A DNA stretch of 50,975 nt, from assembly GCA_005878485.1 (NCBI GenBank), contig VBMG01000040.1:1-50975 (forward strand), written 5' to 3'. This stretch comes from Methanobacteriota archaeon (lineage in GTDB: Archaea; Thermoplasmatota; Thermoplasmata; RBG-16-68-12). Positions 44,105 to 50,975 of the stretch are shown here, in pieces; within the stretch, counting starts at the first letter, position 1; the number at the start of each line of letters is the position of its first letter. The translations under genes were made by a program, and so were the position numbers. A model generated the notes under the pieces. That model was given only the letters and a program-made list of their open reading frames with translations. It had not been told where the DNA came from and ran no database searches.

Positions 44105-44566
44105 ATGAAAATCGATCAAGTCGGTGAGGTGGGGGTCGTCCTCACCGATGCGAACGAGCCCGTCCTCCATGGCGGTGATCAGATCATCGGATACCGGGCC
44201 CTCAAGTATCTCATTTTCAAACCCGTGGCCCTCGCCAAAAAAACGCTCGTCGAGCAACGAGAAGGATGGGTGTGGCAGACCCGGCGGCGGCTTCTCCTGC
44301 TAGACATGGAATGGCTCGATCTACCGAGCGGCAAGAAAGGGAAACGCTACCACGAGATTCCGCTTGAGGAGACCATCGATGTTGTTCCGAAGCGCAAGCG
44401 GGTACTCCTCGTCACGCAGGACAAGGAACATGGCAAGGTCATCTTCGAGTTCCGGCCGTTCGGTGCGGCGTCTCGATTGCTTGCGTGGCTCAAGAAAGAG
44501 AAGGAGCACCGCCGGAAGCGGGAGGAAGGGACGCTGCGTTCTCCGTATCGAGAGGAGGATCGCTAG
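44105..44566 (+). CDS. Hypothetical protein, possibly PH-like fold
   Basis: GWVWQTRRRLLL...EIPLEE...beta-rich core then a C-terminal helix; CTTAT TATA-like element about 30 nt upstream. Confidence 0.6.
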   Translation: MKIDQVGEVGVVLTDANEPVLHGGDQIIGYRALKYLIFKPVALAKKTLVEQREGWVWQTRRRLLLLDMEWLDLPSGKKGKRYHEIPLEETIDVVPKRKRVLLVTQDKEHGKVIFEFRPFGAASRLLAWLKKEKEHRRKREEGTLRSPYREEDR

Positions 44567-44790
44567 CGACCGCCCGTCTGCTGTGCGGCCTGCCGGCGCT
44601 CCCGTTGCTTTCGCTTCATGCGCCGGGTGAAGAGCAGCGATCCAATGAACGCCAAGAAGAGGACGAAGAGCCCGGCCGCCTGGGCGGGTGGATCCCCGTT
44701 GTAGAACAAGCCCACGAACAGGAAGACCAAAATCCAGAAGACGATGTACCCGGCGATTCGCCGTTTCGCGAAATCAAAGAACCGGCCCAT
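44563..44790 (-). CDS. Small two-TM membrane protein
   Basis: Two hydrophobic helices with basic flanks. Confidence 0.65.
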   Translation of the reverse strand: MGRFFDFAKRRIAGYIVFWILVFLFVGLFYNGDPPAQAAGLFVLFLAFIGSLLFTRRMKRKQRERRQAAQQTGGR

Positions 44791-44899
44791 CGATTTCCCC
44801 CTTCGCAGGTGGAGAACAAGAAGCCATCGGTCCCAGTCGCGACCTTGCGACTATTCCAAAGGTACATCGCCCCGGGTTGTGTTTGCAGACCGATTGCTC

Positions 44900-45340
44900 A
44901 TGTCCGCCTTGACCGAGTACGAAGGCATCTGGGAGATGTTCGTCCAGATGCATCGCGAGACCCACGGGGAAAACCACGCCCCGACGCGGGATTTCAATTG
45001 CTGCGGTGAGTTCGCGGTCCTGATGGCGTTGCGGGCCGCGTCCACCCTGAAGGCGAACTACCCTCGCCACCTCCTGCTTCGCATGGCCGCGATGCCCGAG
45101 CTCGACCGCGACTTCTACGTGAAGAACCTGCTCTCAACGGACGGCGAACCGGAGCCGGCGGACCCCGAGCCCCTCCGCGAATACCGCGCGAGCCGGCGAT
45201 ACCACATCCTGTGGACGGAACTCAAAGAGGCGGGCGCGCGAATCGAGCATCTTGAACGAGAGTTGGAACAATCCAACCTTCGCGTCGCGGAACTCGAGGC
45301 CACGCTTGCGAAAGTGAAGCCGGGTCCCGAGACGCCCTAG
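44900..45340 (+). CDS. Hypothetical protein with C-terminal coiled coil
   Basis: ATG at 44900; heptad LKEAGARIEHLERELEQSNLRVAELEATL. Confidence 0.6.
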   Translation: MSALTEYEGIWEMFVQMHRETHGENHAPTRDFNCCGEFAVLMALRAASTLKANYPRHLLLRMAAMPELDRDFYVKNLLSTDGEPEPADPEPLREYRASRRYHILWTELKEAGARIEHLERELEQSNLRVAELEATLAKVKPGPETP

Positions 45341-45364
45341 CGGGTCGTCCGCATCGCGCCCGCC

Positions 45365-46024
45365 ATGCAGCATTCCTGCAAAGCGCTTAACTTCTTGCGG
45401 CAGTCTCGGGCCGTCGTTGAACCCGCTAGACGGAGGGCGCAATCGGGTCGTCAGTGGCAGTACAACAGCTATCGCCGTCTCCTCGGGATCCCTGTGGGCC
45501 TGCCGTTCGGTCTGCTCGCTGGCGTCGTCGTTGTGGCGTTCCTTTGGTCGAAGGATTTCCGATATCTCGTGATGCTCGCAATCGTCTTCGTCCTGGGTCT
45601 CGGGGTGGCCGCAGTCATCCTTCTTCGATTGGTGCCGAGGGCTCTGCTCGGCTCGTGGTCACTGGACATCATCTTCGAAGCCGAAAATGCGGTCGGGCAG
45701 AGCGAACGGCTCTGGCAGGTTGTCCTCGAGGCTCTTGACGCGCACGGGTTCGCCTGGCAGCTAACTCCGCTGGCCGGCCGTGCGAAATCATTCCCGAGAG
45801 CGCATGATCCGATTCTTCTCCCATCGGAGCAGGTCCGGCTGTGGTTTGACAACAGCCCGCCGGGCGAGGACTCGAATCCGAGCATCGTGCGGGTGGCTTT
45901 CGTCCTCGAGCCATTGGAGAAGGGTCGCGACTCGGCCGCCCTAAAGCAAACCATCGTCGATGCACTCCTCTCGGAAGAGAATCGACAGAGGGCGGAACGA
46001 CGTGCGGCCGCAAGAAAGGCTTAA
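45365..46024 (+). CDS. Hypothetical membrane protein (two N-terminal TM helices)
   Basis: Two hydrophobic segments, then a soluble domain. Start uncertain. Confidence 0.6.
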   Translation: MQHSCKALNFLRQSRAVVEPARRRAQSGRQWQYNSYRRLLGIPVGLPFGLLAGVVVVAFLWSKDFRYLVMLAIVFVLGLGVAAVILLRLVPRALLGSWSLDIIFEAENAVGQSERLWQVVLEALDAHGFAWQLTPLAGRAKSFPRAHDPILLPSEQVRLWFDNSPPGEDSNPSIVRVAFVLEPLEKGRDSAALKQTIVDALLSEENRQRAERRAAARKA

Positions 46025-46050
46025 TCGCGTCCCTCCTTGTGGGGACCTAG

Positions 46051-47946
46051 ATGGACTACCGCACGGTGGGCCTCAAGGTCGGGCTCGAAATCCACCAGCA
46101 GCTGGCGACGCACAAGCTCTTCTGCGAAGATGCGTCGGTCCTCGTCGACGCTCCGGGCGGCCAGAGATTCCGTCGACGGCTTCGACCGACGCAGTCCGAG
46201 CTCGGCGAGGTCGACGCGGCGGCCATCGAGGAAGCGAAGCGGCGTCTCACCTTCGTGTACGAGACGACGCCGAACTCCTGCCTCGTCGAGGCGGACGAAG
46301 AGCCGCCCCATCCACCGAACCCGGAGGCCTTGGACATCGCGCTGGAGATCGCGCTCCTGTTAGACGCGAAGCCCGTGAACGAGGTCGACTTCATGCGGAA
46401 GATCGTGATCGACGGATCGAACACCGCGGGCTTCCAGCGGTCCGCGCTCGTGGCCCTCGACGGCCAGTTGGCAGTCAACGGAAAACGGATTGGCGTACCG
46501 ACGATCCTCCTGGAAGAAGACGCCGCGCGGAAGCTTGGCGAGGCGGAAAGCGAGGTCGTGTATCGGCTCGACCGATTGGGCATCCCGCTCGTGGAAATCG
46601 CGACGGCCCCAGATATCGCCACCCCGGACGAAGCGCGCGAGGTCGCCTTGGCATTCGGCTCCCTGCTCCGTGCGACGCGCAAAGTCATGCGCGGGATTGG
46701 GACGATTCGGGAAGACCTCAACGTCTCCATCCAGGGCGGCGCTCGCATTGAGATCAAGGGAGTTCAAGATCTCCGAATGATCGCCACGTTCGTGGAGAAG
46801 GAAGTCGAGCGACAACGGACGCTCCTCGAGACCGCCGAGGAACTGGGGAAACGTAACGTTCGATCCGTGCCATCGAGTCTCCACGATTTCACATCGGCCT
46901 TCGGCGGAACGCAGTCGAAGGTCATCCGAGCCACAGTCACGAAAGGAGGGGTGGTGCTCGGCTGGTCGCTTCCGGGTTTTGCGGGCCTTCTGAAGGGCAA
47001 GCTGGGGCCGGAGCTCGCGGCCCATGCGCGGATCGCGGGCGTCGCCGGGATTTTCCACTCCGACGAGCTGCCTGGATATGGCATTTCTCGGGAGGAAGCG
47101 GAGGCGGTCCGAGCGGCGTTGGGCCTTGGAGACCGCGACGCGTTCGTCCTCGTGGCGGAGGCGGAGAGCAAAGCGCGGGCCGCCTTCGACGAGATGAGCC
47201 CCCGGGCGATCGCCGCGCTGTCGGGCGTCCCTCCCGAGACCCGGGAGCCACGCCCCGACGGGACGACCGTATACAGCCGTCCACTTCCGGGGAAAGCCCG
47301 CATGTATCCGGAGACCGACGTGCCCCCGATTCGGGTGGCGGCGGACCGGCTCCGGAAAATCCGAGAGCACCTGCCGGAGAAGCCAGAGGTAACCATTGCG
47401 CGACTCGCTCGGGAGTTCGGGATTCATGAGCAGCAATCCCGACAGCTCGTCCAGGAAGGGAGCCATCACGCCTTCGAGACGATCGCGCGGGAGTTCGGAG
47501 AACCGACGCTCGTCGCATCCGTCCTCCTATACTCGTTCGGCGAGCTTCGCCGGGAAGGGCTCGACGTCGATGGAATTCCATTGGATCACCTGCGGGAACT
47601 CTTCTCGTTGCTGAAGGCAGGCCGGTTCGCGAAGGAAGCCCTCCCGGATCTGGTCCGAGAAATGGCGGGTTCGCGCACACGGGCATCCGAGGCCTTGATG
47701 ACGCTCGGGGTGAAGGGGCTGAGCCGCCCGGACCTTCAATCAATCGTGGATGAGGTGATTCGGGACTCCGAGGATCTCATCTCGACTCGGGGGGACGCGG
47801 CCGAGAAGGCGTTGATGGGGCGCGTGATGGAACGCGTGCGGGGCCGCGCGGACGGAAAAATCGTCAGCGATGCCGTTCGCACAAGTCTCGAGGCCTTTCT
47901 CCGGACGAAAGGCGAGAGACCGAAGAAAAAGGAAAAGAAAAAGTGA
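46051..47946 (+). CDS. gatE: Glu-tRNA(Gln) amidotransferase subunit E
   Basis: GLKVGLEIHQQL, MRKIVIDGSNTAGFQR, DRLGIPLVEIAT, RGIGTIREDLNVSI, RMYPETDVPP. Confidence 0.96.
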   Translation: MDYRTVGLKVGLEIHQQLATHKLFCEDASVLVDAPGGQRFRRRLRPTQSELGEVDAAAIEEAKRRLTFVYETTPNSCLVEADEEPPHPPNPEALDIALEIALLLDAKPVNEVDFMRKIVIDGSNTAGFQRSALVALDGQLAVNGKRIGVPTILLEEDAARKLGEAESEVVYRLDRLGIPLVEIATAPDIATPDEAREVALAFGSLLRATRKVMRGIGTIREDLNVSIQGGARIEIKGVQDLRMIATFVEKEVERQRTLLETAEELGKRNVRSVPSSLHDFTSAFGGTQSKVIRATVTKGGVVLGWSLPGFAGLLKGKLGPELAAHARIAGVAGIFHSDELPGYGISREEAEAVRAALGLGDRDAFVLVAEAESKARAAFDEMSPRAIAALSGVPPETREPRPDGTTVYSRPLPGKARMYPETDVPPIRVAADRLRKIREHLPEKPEVTIARLAREFGIHEQQSRQLVQEGSHHAFETIAREFGEPTLVASVLLYSFGELRREGLDVDGIPLDHLRELFSLLKAGRFAKEALPDLVREMAGSRTRASEALMTLGVKGLSRPDLQSIVDEVIRDSEDLISTRGDAAEKALMGRVMERVRGRADGKIVSDAVRTSLEAFLRTKGERPKKKEKKK

Positions 47947-47981
47947 AAGTCTCCACAACGACGGTCAGGCGCGGTCAATCA

Positions 47982-48029
47982 TCAGCGCTTGCCTTTCTTG
48001 GATTTCTTCGTTGCTTTCTTCGTTGCCAT
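47982..48029 (-). CDS. 15-aa Lys-rich micro-peptide MATKKATKKSKKGKR
   Basis: ATG at 48029, tandem TGA TGA stops, GAGGAGGAG at 48042-48050, TTTAAG TATA at 48096-48101. Too short for the supplied ORF track. Confidence 0.55.
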   Translation of the reverse strand: MATKKATKKSKKGKR

Positions 48030-48274
48030 GGTGGGGTCTAACTCCTCCTCGGGGCCAGTCCCCGGTTGATAAGGTGTGTTGTGAACGCCTCACATCTTAA
48101 ACGTGTGCTAGGCAATCCGCAACTAATCGAATTCACGGCCGATGACTTCGTCGCGGCGTTCCGTGCGTTCGATGCGGTCGTGCAAATCGCGTCCGCCGAA
48201 GCGGCGTCTCCCTCCATGTGCGGCCGACAAATACCTATATAACGCGAGATTTCATTCAGCCGCGGTGAAGGGAC

Positions 48275-48898
48275 TTGGCCGTGGCGGCGAAGAAGGCCAA
48301 GGGGGATGATTGGTTCTCCTCCCTGGACGCGGAACTGGAGAAGAAGACGAAGGAAATCATCGAGGATGTCGGGGAACAGAACGTCGCCCGCCTGGAACTC
48401 AACAAGACCCTGATCGAGGACTTCTGGAGGGTCTGGAAGCGGTTCAACAAGATCAACGTCCACTTCGCCCTCGAGCCGTCGTACACGAACTGGGCGGTCT
48501 TCCCGGACACGTTCCCGGACGGAGATTGGCATTGGCGACCCGGCTTCAACCCGGCCGCCGTCCAGACGATCCAGCTCCTCGACCGCTCGATGGACCAAGG
48601 CCGCGTCGGGGACGCGCTCAAGGTGAATTACATCGAGGTCGACGGGAAGGTCCATCTCCGGGTGACGTTCGAATACTGCGAGGGAGAGCACTACTACAAG
48701 TACAGCGGATGGAAGCGGATCTGGATGATCCACACGCTCTACGATCAGCCGCTCGACCACGCGGAAGTCGACGACCTTCACCGGCTCTTCGCGGACCTCG
48801 TCCGCGTATGGTACGAGAGCCACTTGCGGCGGAATCGCGACGTACTGATCAAATACCTCAAGCAGACGTTCGAGAAAATTGAGACGTTCAATCAGTGA
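48275..48898 (+). CDS. Hypothetical aromatic-rich soluble protein (207 aa)
   Basis: Strong codon bias, GGTGA RBS, CCTATATAA TATA at 48234-48242. Confidence 0.75.
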   Translation: MAVAAKKAKGDDWFSSLDAELEKKTKEIIEDVGEQNVARLELNKTLIEDFWRVWKRFNKINVHFALEPSYTNWAVFPDTFPDGDWHWRPGFNPAAVQTIQLLDRSMDQGRVGDALKVNYIEVDGKVHLRVTFEYCEGEHYYKYSGWKRIWMIHTLYDQPLDHAEVDDLHRLFADLVRVWYESHLRRNRDVLIKYLKQTFEKIETFNQ

Positions 48899-48978
48899 AG
48901 GCGCCGCGCGCGGTAATGTCGCGCGCGTGATAACGGGTGGGGAGTCTATATTACCGCGGCGCGAGAACTTTCGCGGAC

Positions 48979-49308
48979 GTGGAAGACCTCCTGTCCGGCG
49001 CACTCCTGCTCCTTCTCGTCGGGGGCGCGGTCTTCGCGTGGTTCGACTGGCGAATGCGGGCGCGAAAGCTGCCGCACCTGATTGGACCCAGCTGGGATTG
49101 CCCGCACTGCGGAGTCAAGAACGAGGCGGAGCTGAGCGTCTGCTGGTCGTGCGGGGCAGGGGTGGCACGGGCCTACTTCGGCCGGTCTGCAGGAGCCTCC
49201 GCGGAAACCTGGCAATGCCGGCGATGTCGTGCCTGGAACAGCACGTCCCGCCGGTCCTGCTGGTCGTGCGCGAGTACGCCAGCCAAGCAGCCGAAGCAGC
49301 ATGACTGA
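48979..49308 (+). CDS. Membrane-anchored protein with two RanBP2/NZF-type zinc fingers
   Basis: N-terminal TM helix. WDCPHCGVKNEAELSVCWSC and WQCRRCRAWNSTSRRSCWSC both fit W-x-C-x2-C-x3-N-x6-C-x2-C. TATATTA at 48947-48953. Confidence 0.8.
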   Translation: MEDLLSGALLLLLVGGAVFAWFDWRMRARKLPHLIGPSWDCPHCGVKNEAELSVCWSCGAGVARAYFGRSAGASAETWQCRRCRAWNSTSRRSCWSCASTPAKQPKQHD

Positions 49309-49312
49309 GAGG

Positions 49313-50116
49313 TCAAAAGATTCCGCGGTACAGGCCGCCGTCAATCTGCGCGATTACGCCCGTGATGTACGCAGCCCGGTCCGAGGCGAGGAACGCGATC
49401 AGGTCGGCGACCTCCTCCGCCTTCCCCATGCGGCCCAGCGGGATCTCCTGGAGGAGCGCAGCCTGTACGTCCTCGGGTCGGCGGCTCTCCCGTTCCGCCC
49501 GGATTCGTTGAAGCTCCACTGTCCGGTCCGTCGCAATCCATCCCGGGGCGACGCCATTCACCCGAATTCGGTCCTTCGCGACCTCCCGGGCGAGTGACTT
49601 CAGCGCGCCGACGATGCCGAGGCGCAACGCGTTCGACAGCACGAGGTTGTCGATCGGTTGACGGACGGACATCGACAGGATCGCGACAACGGCCCCACCG
49701 TGCCGCTGGCGCATCGAGGGCAAGGACGATCGCACGAGGCGGACCGTGCTCAGGAACGTGAGCTCCCAGCCCTTCGCCCACTGTTCGTCGGTCAGGGTTT
49801 CAAAGCTCCCCGCCGGAGGACCGCCCGCGTTGGGCACGAGGATGTCAATCCCTCCGAAGGCGCGGATCGCACCGTCGACGAACGACGTGACGCCATCCGT
49901 GCGCATCACATCGGCCGGGACCGCGACGACCTCCGCGTTGGTCTCGGTCCGGATCGCGTTTGCGGCCGCATTGAGAGGCCCCGCGTTCCGAGCGCAAATC
50001 GCGACCTTGCATCCCTCGCGCGCGAAGGCCATCGCCGTCGCCCGACCGAGTCCTTGGCTCGCCGCCGCGACGAGAGCGACCTTCCCCCGGATCCCTAGGT
50101 CCACGATGACGGCCAT
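49313..50116 (-). CDS. Short-chain dehydrogenase/reductase (FabG-like, atypical active site)
   Basis: AASQGLG, NAGGPP, SNALR in place of YxxxK, NGVAPG, IDGG. Confidence 0.88.
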   Translation of the reverse strand: MAVIVDLGIRGKVALVAAASQGLGRATAMAFAREGCKVAICARNAGPLNAAANAIRTETNAEVVAVPADVMRTDGVTSFVDGAIRAFGGIDILVPNAGGPPAGSFETLTDEQWAKGWELTFLSTVRLVRSSLPSMRQRHGGAVVAILSMSVRQPIDNLVLSNALRLGIVGALKSLAREVAKDRIRVNGVAPGWIATDRTVELQRIRAERESRRPEDVQAALLQEIPLGRMGKAEEVADLIAFLASDRAAYITGVIAQIDGGLYRGIF

Positions 50117-50152
50117 CGGCCTGCCGGGTAAGAAGGATTCCGGCCCGCGGCG

Positions 50153-50932
50153 TCACTCGCGCAAGAAGCCGCGGACTTCGCCGATGGCCTCGAACCCGAG
50201 CGTCTTGTACATTTCCTGCGGCGTGTCGAAGAGATCCGAGATCAATACGACCCATTCGCAATGGGCCTCCATCGCGCGCTTGCACGCCTCGAAAATCATC
50301 GTGCGTCCAACGCCCCGCATCCGGAAATCCGGATGGGTCGCGACGTCGTCAATCCACGCGAAGATGCCCCGCGGCCAGAGGCTAATCGCCCCCGCCGGTG
50401 CGCCGTTCAGGTAGGCCACATAGGGCCGCATCCCCACCCGCCGAGAGCGTTCCCGCCAGAGACCCCATAGCTGTTCGATGACCTCGTGAGAATGGCCGAA
50501 GCCGGCCTCGATGGCCATCATGACAGACCGAAAGTCATTCGCTGCGGGCTCGTCCGCAGCGGGGCGCACCTCGAGCTCCGGATTCACGATACAGTCGGGC
50601 AGCCCGACTTTCGCCAAAGCGAGGTCCGCGGTGGGACGGAAGCCGAGTCGGGCGAACTCTTCTTGAATCCCGAATGCGGTTTCCGCGTCCTCGAAAAGCA
50701 GCGCATGATGCGGGACCGCGGTGCCGCGGAATGCGTTCGCGAGGTCGTCGATGATCTTCTTCGGACCTCCTTCCGGAAGTGTCGCGACCCAGCCGAGATT
50801 CGCCTGGTGGATCAGGGGAAACCGATCATCTCGGTAGATCATGCCCCAAGAGGTTCGCACATTCTCGGGGGCCTGCTCTCGCCAGATTTGGAGGAACTCG
50901 ACAATGGCGCGGAGCAGCTCGTCCGTGTCCAC
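50153..50932 (-). CDS. GNAT family acetyltransferase
   Basis: DDVATHPDFRMRGVGR and MYKTLGF. Confidence 0.85.
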   Translation of the reverse strand: MDTDELLRAIVEFLQIWREQAPENVRTSWGMIYRDDRFPLIHQANLGWVATLPEGGPKKIIDDLANAFRGTAVPHHALLFEDAETAFGIQEEFARLGFRPTADLALAKVGLPDCIVNPELEVRPAADEPAANDFRSVMMAIEAGFGHSHEVIEQLWGLWRERSRRVGMRPYVAYLNGAPAGAISLWPRGIFAWIDDVATHPDFRMRGVGRTMIFEACKRAMEAHCEWVVLISDLFDTPQEMYKTLGFEAIGEVRGFLRE

Positions 50933-50975
50933 GGCGGTGCCAAGGGAGCCGGCGGAATGAACCTTGCGACGCCGT

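Overview
High-GC archaeal chromosomal window. Evidence for archaea: gatD, gatE, a zinc-containing ferredoxin, DUF504, TATA boxes about 25-30 nt upstream of many leaderless starts, and GGTGA/GGAGG ribosome-binding sites. The gene content suggests Thermoplasmatota/Thermoplasmata (inference). Most of the window is housekeeping or metabolic: a mevalonate-pathway decarboxylase, an M16B peptidase pair, AcuC/HDAC, a PLP trans-sulfuration enzyme, a ZIP transporter, a LarE-like PP-loop protein, ThrC, a radical SAM enzyme, acyl-CoA dehydrogenase, AlaX, MDH, GatDE, an SDR and GNATs. Two loci stand out. (1) A translationally coupled three-gene operon at 4733-7751 (-) encodes an ARC/Mpa-type AAA+ ATPase, a PafA-type Pup ligase and a 58-aa Pup/UBact-like peptide ending in ...QKGQGGDRRA. 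This looks like a divergent archaeal pupylation-like tagging system: no Dop or 20S genes nearby, no HbYX tail on the ATPase, and altered ligase active-site residues. (2) A three-gene paralogous cluster at 14603-28594 (+) shares an unrecognised ~85-aa domain plus coiled coils. It ends in a 3848-aa single-pass protein with a ~2300-aa extracellular repeat region and a ~1400-aa cytoplasmic coiled coil, and lies next to a second large surface protein. Smaller observations: a free-standing double LAGLIDADG endonuclease, an internally deleted ADP-forming acyl-CoA synthetase relic, an amber-interrupted peroxiredoxin, a 15-aa Lys-rich micro-ORF with its own promoter and RBS, and a membrane-anchored tandem RanBP2/NZF zinc-finger protein. 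No rRNA, tRNA or CRISPR array was recognised. All family calls are by motif recognition from memory, not database searches.
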